Origin: Diplonema japonicum
Lineage: Eukaryota; Protista; Euglenozoa: Diplonemea
Length of the DNA stretch: 64,000 nucleotides
NCBI GenBank assembly: GCA_964019335.1
Contig: OZ025735.1
Span: 124,001 to 188,000 of the forward strand
Direction of reading: 5' to 3'
Shown here piece after piece: positions 53,141-64,000 of the stretch (within the stretch, counting starts at the first letter, position 1; each line of letters starts with the position of its first letter). The notes under the pieces were generated by a model, which saw only the letters and a program-made list of their open reading frames with translations, was not told the DNA's origin and did no database searches. Made by a program: the position numbers and the translations under genes.

Positions 53141-54738
53141 ATGTCAACTAGCGTTGATAAACGGCCCAGAGAGGAAGGGAACGATGAAGCGGCGAAAAAA
53201 ATAAAAACAGAGGAGCTGGCGGAGCTCGCAAGGAGGAACGCGATGCAGGCGAAACTGATGTTTTTGAACAACTACGGGGCGGGGATGCAGGATGACGCTG
53301 ATATAAAGAAACAAGGCCTGAGCGTGAAGCTAAGAAGAGGGTTTGCAACAAGAAAAAAAAAAAAAAAAAAAACCAAAACCACAAAACAGATACGCATCAA
53401 CATCAACCGGCTCCAAACCCCTCATCACCGAGCAGGTCGGGGCCAAAAAAGCCGACCTGAAAATGTTAAAGGGCGGACCCGATGCAGAAAAACCAGCCTC
53501 CTGCGCCCTCCCGAAACCAACCGGGGACGGCCAGCTCATCGTAAGCGGCGACAAGCAAAAAGCAGAGGAGATTAAAAAACAACAAGAAAGAGAGGCCAGA
53601 AGAGCATCAAAGGACCTCGTCGTCTTGCCAATGTCAGGGAAGGAACTCCGAGCCATGCACGACAAGAGCACACCAAAACCACAATGGCACGCACCGTGGA
53701 AGATACATAAGGTATTTTTTTTTTTTTTTCCCCCCCAAAAAAAAAAGGTTCTCCCCGGCCATCTCGGGTGGGTCCGTTGCGTAGCAGTGGACCATTCCAA
53801 CGAATGGTTCGCGACTGCAGGTGCGGATCGTACCCTTAAGATTTGGGATCTCGCAAGCGGGGTTTTGAAGCTGACCCTCACAGGACATATCAGCACCATC
53901 CGGTCCATGGCTATCTCCGCTCGCTCACCCTACCTCTTCACATGTGGTGAAGACGGGAAAGTTATATGCTGGGACCTTGAATACAACAAGGCAGTTCGAA
54001 ACTACCACGGCCATCTCAACGGAGTCTACAGCATGACACTACACGGCAAGCTCGATGTCCTAGCCACAGGCGGTCGCGACGCCTCTGTGAGGTTGTGGGA
54101 CATCCGATCCCGTGCTGAGATTCACTGCATGACTGGGCATCAGGGTGCGGTTCATACACTCACAGCACCTCCTGACCCAATGATCATTTCTGGGAGCCAG
54201 GACACCCAGATTAGAATGTGGGACATTGCAGAGGGCCGTACAGTCTCCACACTAACCCATCACAAAAAGGGAGTCCGTGCTCTTACATACCACCCCGAGG
54301 AGTACACGTTTGCCTCTGGTGCGAGGGATAACATTAAGAAGTGGAGGTCGCCCAGAGGGGAGTTTTTGAATAACTTCTCCGGGCATGAGTCGATAGTGAA
54401 CACACTGTCCGTGAACAGGGACAACGTAACGGTTTCGGGTGGGGACGATGGTTACCTTCACTTCTGGGACTGGAAAACAGGGCACAATTTCCAAAAGATG
54501 AAGACGATTGCACAACCAGGGTCTCTTGAGGTATTTTTTGAAGGGGGTGGGGGAGGGAAAAAAATTATTTTTTTTTTAGGCTGAAACTGCGATCCTTTGT
54601 TCCGCCTTCGACCATTCCGGCTCGCGGCTTATCACTGGCGAGGCCGACAAATCCATCAAAATCTGGAAGGAAGACGAAACTGCTACAGAGGAGACACACC
54701 CGCTTGACTGGGTACCGCAAAAACGGAAATTTTTCTGA
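53141..54738 (+). CDS. PLRG1: Pleiotropic regulator 1 / Prp46 (WD40 splicing factor), 487 aa
   Basis: [45 protein letters not shown]|[14 protein letters not shown]. Introns 53341-53389, 53712-53747, 54531-54579. Confidence 0.96.
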
Positions 54739-54985
54739 TTTCCGTAAGAAAAAAAAAAAAAAAGAAAGAAAGAACCAAAAAAAAAAAAAATAATTCTGTT
54801 GTTGATTCCGCAACGCTACATCAAGAAGAAAAAAAGGGGGGGAGATGAAAAAGGAGAAAAAAAAAAAAGGAAAAAAAATTAGGAAGTGTGTTGTGTTTTC
54901 TATTTTTTTTTTTCTTTGACACATTTATAGTTTTTTCTTCTTTTATTTAACCGTCCACAGGAGGGGAGGGGCAGGGGAGGAGAAG

Positions 54986-55018
<33 letters not shown>

Positions 55019-55025
55019 ACTCAAC

Positions 55026-57569
55026 ATGACAGAGCTGACGGGCACGTACACAGAATACTGCCAAGAAGCTGGTGTGAAGCCCTCAAAAGATGTCATTGCC
55101 CTGATCAAAGGACAGTACCCAGAGGAGATTATGGAACTGGATTTTTCACGTGTGTATATAGCAAGGAAAATGGTAACAGTGATCGGAAAACTAGTCGAAG
55201 CATGCAGGAACCTAGAGAGGCTGAACCTCAAAGGGTGCCAGATGGAAAACAACGAATTACAACTCCTGGATTCGACACTGAGAAAACACGGGGGGATTAA
55301 GGAAATAATCCTTGACGAAACAGGCCTTTCCTTAGCGGGAGGAAAGATGCTCTTAGAGCTCTGCAAGATGAACCCCACAGTAAAATCGATCTCACTCAGA
55401 AAAACGTTCATTTCCACCGAATACCAAAACAGAATAAACCTGCAGCTGTCGTTGAACAACTGCAAGGAAATCGACATGAAAGATCTATCCTTCGCCATGA
55501 CGACAGCGCAGAGACCGGATGACGAAGAGTGGGATCTCTCGTCCGATCTTGGCGACGCGATACAGCACTCGGAACAACCAAACGCCGTAACCGATTATGA
55601 CGACGATTTCCCCATAGAAGCACCCACCCGAGCCAGCTCGTCCGTTTCAGATTTAAACAGTAAAAACCTCCCGGTTCAAAACATGCACACTGTTTCAAGT
55701 AAACTCTTCAATACGACCGAACAATGGACAGACCCGGCATTCCCGCCTTCTCCATCTTCATTGATCACATCCGGCGGGGTAAAAGCCCGCGAGACAGCAT
55801 GCTCCGGAATCGGTTGGGTCCGGGGACATGCTTGTTCCCCCACCCCGCGAATTTTCACCAATCAGAACAACCCATCTCCTCCGAAACAAAGCAGATCCTT
55901 CTGGGCAACGAACTGGCTTAGAAATTCAATGCTTGCGTTGCAACGGCACCCGTATCTACTCACAAAACTGTTTTTGAAAGCAAACCCCGATATCGGCGCG
56001 TACGAGATCCAAATTTGCAAGTCCGGAACATGGCACAGAGTGATGATTGACGATTGGCTTCCATGCGATAAACACGGCAATTTGATGGGAATGGTAGCCG
56101 AGGACCCCAACGAGCTTTGGGTCTCGCTTCTTGAAAAAGCCTTTGCAAAGCTGCATGGCGGCTACGATCTCCTTGAAAACGGGTCCAGCGTGCTTGGCCT
56201 ATCCGACCTTACAGGAGGTATAACACACAATATATTTATCCGGGACCACACCAGGGCCAAGGAAGTCGTAGTAGATTCATCATATTGGGAAACCCTTCGA
56301 GGGTACAACCGCAACGGGTGGCTTTTAACCGCAGCATGCAAGACACATCAATCCGTAGAAGTCTTAGCTCTGGAGGAATCGGGCATTGCTGCAAATCGTC
56401 ATTACGAGATACTTAACTTGACAGAGGTAACCGGCTGGAAGCTGGTGTTACTTTACACGCCGTACGAGGAGGATGTGCAGTCGGAAGGATCCGTGTGGAT
56501 AGGCGATGACTGGGTTCGGAAGCAACCCGAGGTTCAGTACAAGGAATTGTTCGTGAAGCTCAGCGAGCCTGCAGACGTCCGGCGGGAGGCGAAACGCTGG
56601 ATAACATTTGAAAACTTCGCCATTTTCTTCAACAAAGTGTACATATGCCGCTGCGAAACAGCCTCTACACTAAGATACCAGTACAGAACCGAGCGTATTC
56701 TGTCACGATGGCAGCTGTCCACTGCAGGTGGGAAGCTCACCAGTCAGTATTTCTCAGAAAACCCTTGCTGGTGCCTGCGTGTGAAGGAAAAAAACACACC
56801 GATTTTAATGCAATTGTCAGTCTCGGACCCTAAGCTATCTAAAAAGGAAATACCCGGGCGGATCGGGTTGTACGTGTTTCGCAGCCCGAACCCTGACAGA
56901 AAGAAACGCTACTGGGACCAGTCCGACTGCGTTGTGATGGCAAATTTTGCAAAGTACCGAGACATCTGCACCGAAGTGCTGTGCCAGCCTTGTATCAACT
57001 ATTTCGTTGTCCCTTGCATGGAAAAGCCAGGTGTTTATTCACCATTCCAGCTTACCTTCACATCAGCCCATACATACTGTACACACGAAGTGTTGTCTAA
57101 GGAGACTGAGTTTATTTGTAAGTCGGCGTGGAAGGGTCTTGCTGCAGGGGGGCGAACGACCGGATCAGCTTCATGGAGGAACAACCCACAGTTCTCCTTA
57201 AGGGTGTCCGAGCCCGGCTCATTCGGATTTATCTTGCATCAAAAGCCGGAAAAACCTGAAAATATCTTCTTTATCTCGTTTACAGTGTACAAGACCAACG
57301 GGGAGCGAATTACCGAACATTCGTATGGGGGGGAGGGAAGGGGGGGGATATAAAAAACAATACACATCCACAGCCCTGAAAACAAAATCGTTTCGCCAGA
57401 CTTCGTGCCGTACCCTACCGTTTTCACGGAGTGCGACCTCCTTGAGGGCGCCTACACCATCATCCCCATGACCTGGTCTCCAGGGGAAGAAACGGCTTTC
57501 GAGCTGTCCGTGTTTACCAGCTGCAAGGCTGCACTCGCACCGCTACCATCTCTTCTTACGCAGGGATGA
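55026..57569 (+). CDS. Calpain-like protein with N-terminal LRR-like region and two C2-like (domain III) repeats; catalytic triad degenerate, 830 aa
   Basis: WTDPAFPP, IDDWLP, LWVSLLEKAFAKLHGGY, DLTGG, NPQF. Intron 57323-57373. Confidence 0.9.
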
Positions 57570-57684
57570 AAGGGGGGTGTCTAAATTTTAATCTAATCGA
57601 AAGTTTAAATTATTCTTTTATTTCCCCTTCGAATCACCGCATGGAAACTATTTGAAGAAAAAAAAGGGGGTGGTGGTCCTGCCA

Positions 57685-59515
57685 ATGCCAGCAAAAATGG
57701 ACCCCGCCCGGCGGGCACACATAGAGAGGATAATGGAGAGAAGGCGGAAAGAAGGGAGGTCGAGCGTCAGCCGGTCAAGCACGACGGAGGGCAGGTTGGG
57801 GAACGTGGTTCCTGCGGTGTTCCCACCTGAGAGTGGGTACAGTGGGGTGAGCCCCGAGCCGAACCACCCTGTGTCGAGCCCTCATTCAGAGGCGGTGAGC
57901 TATGACCAGGAGTCGCTTGACAGACAACGGCAGGAGATATTGAAGATAAGGGAGGAGACGAGGAAGGAACTGGACAAGCAACGTGCGATTTCGGCACAGT
58001 CAGAGAACCAATTGAAATGGCAGCAGCAGCAGTTAGAGCAGCAGCTCAACTCGCAGAAGTCTGTAGACGAAAGGCTCCACGACCGAGCGATGAAGTACGA
58101 CGATAAAGATGATGAGCTGGAAAGACGCATTCGGGAGCGTGAGCGGGGCATGGAGGACAGGCAGACGGCCACGCTTCCGCCTACCACAGAAAGCAATGAT
58201 ACGAATCGAGCCCTTGCAGACAAGGTGGCAGATCTTGAAAGAAAGCTGAAAGACATGCAGCAACCCTCCCCCGTCCCTCCCCGTTCCACCACTGCTGACC
58301 CTTACGAAGTCTCCGTCCGTCGTGCGGGCCCGTCTGCCGCCAGCACTATCTACGACAACCCCAACAACTTCATGAAGCCCGGGCACACCACGAACCCGCC
58401 ACGCCACGCCGAGAACCTCAATGACCCCATCTTCAGCAAAAACCAGCCCCCCGCACCCCCTGCTGCACCGTGGATCTCCAGCTCATACTCCCCTCCGCGG
58501 GATACCCCGCCGTTCACTGTGAACCTGGGCCCCAACAAAGCTAACAAGGACCCGGTGTGGGAGTCCCAAGCGCCGATAAACGCTAGGGCGGCAAGGGAGG
58601 ACACCTGGGGTAAGAAGGATGACACTTGGGGTAGGAGGGATGACTCCTACAACCAAGGGGCACCGCAGCCACATCAACAACAGCAACATCAACGGCAGCA
58701 ACAATATCCGATGCAAGGGGAGCAGAGCGGGTACGCACCGCAGGAACAGAGCCATCATCACGCCTCGCCACCAAGGTACCAGCAACAACTGGAGAGCTAC
58801 CAACACCAGTACAACGGACAACAAGGGAACAGCAGCTACCAGCTCGGCACGGGGCTTGGAGGGGGGAGCCCGGCCGGGGGCGCCTCTCGGAGACAAGTGA
58901 ATGTGAACCTGCAGCTGCACAGGGAGTCCATCCTGCACGACATGAAGAACGGCGATGTCTTCATCAAGTGGACGAAGAACGACAAGCCGCACCTGCGATG
59001 GTTCTGGCTCAACCAGAAGAAACTGCTGCTGCTGTGGTCGAACACACAATCTGCATCCATTTTAATGTCCAACAACATACGCTTGGAGGAAGTGGTGTCT
59101 ATCAAGGCAGAGCAGCTCACAGAAGAGTCCCCTGGAGACCCTGGGCACCCTCAGGTATGCCTTTTTCTAGGATAGCCGAACTTTACCACCACAGGTGTAC
59201 TACCTTATGACAGTGACTACATACAAAAGGCAGCTACAGATGGCCTGTCAAAATAGAGAAAAGTTCAACAGATGGTTTGAAGGGCTCACTTTGCTCACCC
59301 AGCAGTACCGACAGGTGTGGAAGGGAGATTGGAGGGAAGGGAGGGAGAAAAAAAAAAATACAGGCCAATGAAGTTGCTTATGCTCAAGCTGCTAACCCAG
59401 CAATGTCCCGAGTTTTATCTAGACAGTATGTAGGAAGGGGGGGGGGAAAGAAAAACAAAAAAGGGCTATGCAAAGTCGTTCTGCGCGAAATGCAACTGTT
59501 ACTGCTGCCGATTGA
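57685..59515 (+). CDS. Coiled-coil/low-complexity protein with C-terminal PH domain, ~567 aa
   Basis: GDVFIKWTKNDKPHLRWFWL...LLWS. Introns 59155-59194, 59315-59363 and 59426-59463 restore the PH C-terminal helix (FNRWFEGL). Confidence 0.85.
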
Positions 59516-60349
59516 TCTCTTTTTTTTTTCTTCCTCGTGGTAAACCCTTTCCCCCCCCCCCAAAAAAAAGGACTCTTAGAATATGTTCAAAACACCCTTT
59601 ATTGGTTTCTATTATTTTTTTTTTTTTCTCTGGCAAAAAAAAAAAGAAGACTTTGTAGTAATAGTGTGTGTGATTTTATACCCCCTTTTTTTTTCTATTT
59701 TTTTGTGAATAAAAACAAAAAGGAAAAGAAAGCCACAGGAGAAATAAAATCTTTGCACCATATCTCTAAAACCATTCTGGTCAATCCTTCTTTTTTTTTT
59801 GTGTCGCCCCTAATACTCGTGGAAAGGTGCTCAGAGTGGTCTTTTGGGACTTCTATGGTAGGAGAGTCACGAAACGAAAGTTTCATAAGCCTTTTTTTGA
59901 AAAAAACAGAAATTCTCTGCGTCTTCCACGCAAGGGGTGCTAAACGGGTTTTGGAGATATGGAGTTATTTTTATTACCACGAAAGTATAGACAGATTTCT
60001 CTCTCCTTTGTTCGCCTCCCTTCCCCCCCCTCCTAGATATGTATGAAAAAAAAAGAAGAAAAGGCGGGAGAAAAAAAGAAAAAAAAAAGAGAAAATTCCC
60101 CTTTTTTTTTTCTGAATTTCTCTCTCTCCCCCCTGGTTTTGTGTCAACCCCCTGCCAGTAGGGGGGGGGGGGGGGGGGTTTCAGTAGTTCAGCGGGGTCT
60201 TTTTTTTTCTCGTGGGGCCCATTCAGAAAAAAAAAAAAAAAGAAATACTGATTCCCTTCCGCCACCCGCCTTCTTCGACCTTTCCACGGATGCCAACACG
60301 ATGCAATTCCAAATTAGGGCAAACCAAGTTTTAAAAAAAAAAAAAAAAA

Positions 60350-60610
60350 ATGAGCAAAATAAGCAGCAGTGGAACACCTTCAAGGTACCAGGTGACTAAA
60401 TGCCACATAGCGAATAAGGTTGGTACGGGGAAGAACTTCAGGTATTTAGGGGAGTGCGTCATCGCTGACCGGTTGGGGCCAAGCAGATGGGTGGCACAGG
60501 TGCACCAAGCACCGACACCAGTCGTTCCAGGGCACGGAAGAAGACTATTGGATTACCAGAAGGCAGCGAGACAGAGCTGCACCGCAGACGCGAGTTACAA
60601 CAAAAAATAA
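60350..60610 (+). CDS. Small basic hypothetical protein (86 aa)
   Basis: ATG directly after an A-tract; a complex-sequence island that coincides with the ORF. Confidence 0.55.
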   Translation: MSKISSSGTPSRYQVTKCHIANKVGTGKNFRYLGECVIADRLGPSRWVAQVHQAPTPVVPGHGRRLLDYQKAARQSCTADASYNKK

Positions 60611-60745
60611 AAAAAAAATTAAAAAAAAGGCAATTACACCCTCGGACGTTATTTTCTTTCTTCTTGATTCCTTTCTTTTTTTTTTTTAACTCCCCACTAA
60701 AAAAAAAAAAAAAAAAAAAAAGAAACAAAAAAGGAAAAGGGGCAT

Positions 60746-62665
60746 ATGCACAAATGGACCCCACGAGAATTCCTAAAGAAATGGCAAACCGCGCTTAAAG
60801 CCAACGACCTCCAAAGGATGGCGGCCCTGCACCCAACCATCCATAAAGAAGATCTCGAGACACTGGAGCGTGTAGCGTGGGACATGCGGAGCGCAAGGCT
60901 ACCAGGCGTCGGGGGGATGAAGGAAAACGTCTTAAGCGCGACCGTAAACACGAATGCAAAAGGATGGAGGTGCTCGGCGAGAGTGCTGTGGGTAGGCTGC
61001 GAGATGAAAGAGATCGACGAGCCCGCCGCAGTAACAGTCGCACGTCGCATTGTGCGGAACAAAAAAAAACTGGATTTACACGGAAGCCTGTTAGTCACGG
61101 TGTTGCAATGTTTGTCGCTTGCGAGAACAGAAGGCCCTGAAAAAAACGTTGAGCTCAGACCGTGGTTTACGAATCTCGTCGGTGCTGTGATCCATGGTGT
61201 TTTACAGTGTAAAAAACTGGCGAAAGACGGTTCAGAACAAGGCGCCCAGCAGCTTCCGAAAATCCTGTCGATTTTGAGAAAAACACGGTTTTTCCACCTC
61301 CCCGATGACACGTACGTCGCGATAGAAAAGGAGATCGTGGCAAGGGTGTGGGCGTTGAAAAGATTCACGGAAAACGATTTCCGGCACACGCTGCAAGCGC
61401 TGTGCGGGATCCCTTGCGGGTCAGAAGCCCACCGCAAAGCCAGGTCGGAACTGCATGAGAAGCTATGCCGCTACGCGTTGCAAAAAATCCCAGATTTCAA
61501 AGACCCTCTTGGCATCGGCAGAATCCTAACAACCGTGAACAGAACCCCGGAATCAGCTAAATACGCAGCAACACTAGCAAGCACGTGGTCGAAGTGGAAA
61601 GGCCTCCCTTATGATGCTGCAGTGTCGTTGTCTTTATTAAAACTGGACAATGGGTTGTCAGGTGACGCTCGTATCTTCCGGGCAAACGACAAGGTACTTT
61701 CTCTTGAAACGCTGCTCATGCTGCTCGTGGTTTCGAGAAAGTCGCTGCAACGGGATTTTCCGTTCACAGAAGAGCTCTCCCGCGCTGCAAGGGAAGAAAC
61801 TAAGGAAATTGAGTCACCCCACACGCTCTTTTTACTGCTTCGCGCAGCGGCAAGCACGTCAAACAAAACTCTCCGTGAAACCTTGTTGAAACTTGTTGTA
61901 AACACAAAAGAAAGTTGTGTCGAAGCTCTGTCAATGTCAGAACTATCTCTTTATGCAAAGCTAGAACCCACTGTAGCCGTATTCACACTGGTTAAAAGAC
62001 ACATGGCGCTCGGGACGTGTTACCTCCCTTCCGTGAGGGATACTGTTCACATTGTACATGGAATGGTGAAAACTCCCAAGAGCAACAGAGACCGGGTTCT
62101 TGAAGACATGTTGACCAGGAACATGATAGGCAGAACCGGGAACAGCAGAGAGCTCGTTGGATTGTTAAAGGGAGCGGCGAACGGATCGTGTCAAGGAATC
62201 GTAAAACGTATATTTTCAAACGGTCTGGATATGCGGTGGTTTACTGGATACTCCGCAGGGAGGCTTGCAGATTCTGTGCACAGCTTGGCACGGCTCTCTT
62301 GGTCGGTGGAGATCACCTCGCTTCTAGATAGGTTTCCCCATCTGATCCCTGTTGCCGCGCAGCCGCTGGCGAATTTCGTCGCTTCCCTGGCTTTGCTTCC
62401 CTCCACCATTAAGCCGTTCCTGTCGGACATCACCCTGTTGGGTCCTGTGACGCCGCCCACCGCAATTTCCTTAATCAACGTCTTTGCGAGGTGTAACGTG
62501 TCCGCACCTACTAATGTTGTAGACAGATGTGTCGAAGTCTTGACAGGCGCACCTGTCCGAGAACACATCGCAAGGGAAACCCTTGAAAACCTACGAAAAA
62601 TGCTGTACGGCAAAGGCAGAGGCGACCACGCCGTGGAATATTTACAAGCATGTTGTTGCAAGTAA
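60746..62665 (+). CDS. Hypothetical helical-repeat-like, Leu-rich protein (639 aa)
   Basis: Long intronless ORF; no family recognised. Confidence 0.8.
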   Translation: MHKWTPREFLKKWQTALKANDLQRMAALHPTIHKEDLETLERVAWDMRSARLPGVGGMKENVLSATVNTNAKGWRCSARVLWVGCEMKEIDEPAAVTVARRIVRNKKKLDLHGSLLVTVLQCLSLARTEGPEKNVELRPWFTNLVGAVIHGVLQCKKLAKDGSEQGAQQLPKILSILRKTRFFHLPDDTYVAIEKEIVARVWALKRFTENDFRHTLQALCGIPCGSEAHRKARSELHEKLCRYALQKIPDFKDPLGIGRILTTVNRTPESAKYAATLASTWSKWKGLPYDAAVSLSLLKLDNGLSGDARIFRANDKVLSLETLLMLLVVSRKSLQRDFPFTEELSRAAREETKEIESPHTLFLLLRAAASTSNKTLRETLLKLVVNTKESCVEALSMSELSLYAKLEPTVAVFTLVKRHMALGTCYLPSVRDTVHIVHGMVKTPKSNRDRVLEDMLTRNMIGRTGNSRELVGLLKGAANGSCQGIVKRIFSNGLDMRWFTGYSAGRLADSVHSLARLSWSVEITSLLDRFPHLIPVAAQPLANFVASLALLPSTIKPFLSDITLLGPVTPPTAISLINVFARCNVSAPTNVVDRCVEVLTGAPVREHIARETLENLRKMLYGKGRGDHAVEYLQACCCK

Positions 62666-62726
62666 TCTTTCCCCCCCTTCCCATCTTTAAAAAAAAAAAA
62701 AAAAAAGGGAAACAAAAAAAAAAAAA

Positions 62727-63842
62727 ATGGGTGTCAGCAAAGCCATGCCGCCAGCGAACACATGGTCCGTGGGCGAGGTAGGCCGATGGCTGTCGAGTAA
62801 AGGTTTGGGGGAGTACTGCCGGCTGTTCGAAGAACAAAAAGTAGACGGCGAGGCGTTGTTGATGCTTGTCGAAGACGACTTTAGAAAACCCCCTCTGAGC
62901 ATGCCTAAGGTTGGCGACATTAAGAAGATAGCGAAAAACATCGACACCCTAAGAGAGCAGGACGCAGTAACATCCTGCCTCGCAGGACAATCTGCAAACC
63001 CCATCTCCGACAAGGGGACAAGGAGCAGACAACTAGTGAGACTCGTAGCCGCCGCGGCGTACTGCTGCCTCTCTATATTCACAACGTCGTTCTCCTTAGT
63101 GGCAGCGCATGAAAGGGTCCCCCACACAGATTATTACCCACCTCTTCCGGATTTGTTTCTCGATAATGTTCCCAGGATACCGTGGGCATTTGCTGCGTCG
63201 GAGGTGTTCATATTGTCGTTGGGTGGGATATTGATCGCACTCCTTGTGGTTCACAGGGCAAGAATCGCCATCCTAACCCGTTTTCTTGCAATTTCCGCGA
63301 CGGTTTTCCTGTTGAGGTGTGTTACAATGCTAGCAACGTCGTTGTCGGTCCCGGGGGCTCATCTTGAATGTCAACAGCTGCAGCTTTCAAGTTTTCAAGA
63401 GAAACTTGATCGAGCGTTGACGATAATGATGGGGCTTGGGTCGACGGTGTTTGGGGTTGAAACGTGTGGTGATTATATGTTTAGCGGTCATTGCACAGGG
63501 CTCACCCTTCTAGCCTGCTTTATTTGTGAATACACCCCCGCCTCATGGGCAGGATTCCACCGAATTATATGGATGCTGTGTGTGTTTGGGATTTTTTGCA
63601 TTCTTGCCGCGCACGAGCATTACAGCATCGATTGTTTTGTAGGGTTTTATATTAGCTCGCGTGTGTTCGCGTACTACCACTCGCTGGCCTATCAGGTTTC
63701 GACAATGACGCCGTCGCAGTGGAAGAGGCTGGGGATGTGGTTCCCCTTGGTGGCCTACTTTGAGAGGTACACCCCCCCCAATGGTTACTCTAACACCTAC
63801 GATATTCCTTACTTCGCGAAAAATATTCGTTATGAAGATTAA
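62727..63842 (+). CDS. Sphingomyelin/sphingolipid synthase family protein with N-terminal SAM domain (SMSr/SAMD8-like)
   Basis: SAM (WSVGEVGRWL...VDGEALL), PPLPDLFLD, CGDYMFSGH, HEHYSID. Confidence 0.93.
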   Translation: MGVSKAMPPANTWSVGEVGRWLSSKGLGEYCRLFEEQKVDGEALLMLVEDDFRKPPLSMPKVGDIKKIAKNIDTLREQDAVTSCLAGQSANPISDKGTRSRQLVRLVAAAAYCCLSIFTTSFSLVAAHERVPHTDYYPPLPDLFLDNVPRIPWAFAASEVFILSLGGILIALLVVHRARIAILTRFLAISATVFLLRCVTMLATSLSVPGAHLECQQLQLSSFQEKLDRALTIMMGLGSTVFGVETCGDYMFSGHCTGLTLLACFICEYTPASWAGFHRIIWMLCVFGIFCILAAHEHYSIDCFVGFYISSRVFAYYHSLAYQVSTMTPSQWKRLGMWFPLVAYFERYTPPNGYSNTYDIPYFAKNIRYED

Positions 63843-63931
63843 GTGAGGGGGAAGAGCGGTTGTATCAAAAAAAATTTTTTTCCGTGTTTTTTTTTTTTTT
63901 TTTTTTTGTTTGTTTGTTTGGACAAGGGAGG

Positions 63932-63965
<34 letters not shown>

Positions 63966-64000
63966 GAGAAATTGTTGTTGCTAAAAAAAAAAAAAAGAAG

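Noticed and set aside
1-64000. Stop-codon reassignment, tRNA, rRNA or spliced-leader RNA genes
   Set aside because: TAA, TAG and TGA all end conserved genes at expected positions, and I recognised no structural RNA gene by eye.

Overview
Eukaryotic, gene-dense protist DNA. A euglenozoan such as a diplonemid is my inference from the gene layout, the inactive calpain-like gene and the Ingi-like LINE. About 23 host genes all lie on the + strand, separated by homopolymer-rich spacers. Recognisable genes: MICU-type EF-hand protein, GH59 galactocerebrosidase, TPR protein, sarcosine dehydrogenase-like, TFIIH p44, Rab4, cyclic-nucleotide-binding K+ channel, PPR protein, double AAA+ ATPase, GH65/beta-PGM fusion, PLRG1/Prp46, calpain-like, PH-domain protein and SAM-domain sphingomyelin synthase. 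I reconstructed 24 tiny GT-AG introns (32-65 nt) that restore reading frames. Most have A-tracts instead of a polypyrimidine tract, and most sit near the 3' end of the CDS. Mobile DNA: one apparently intact 6.2-kb two-ORF APE-RT non-LTR retrotransposon (12-bp TSD, 2A-like peptide at the ORF1/ORF2 junction), two 5'-truncated relatives, and a 1-kb TIR element. Two further non-coding elements (12376-12930 and 51459-51890) have unrelated bodies but share an identical 15-nt terminus, a strand-specific ssDNA hairpin (tandem G.A pairs, cGNAg triloop) and an internal segment complementary to both ends. These two are my best candidate for an undescribed system. All calls are by eye; no searches or folding computations were run.
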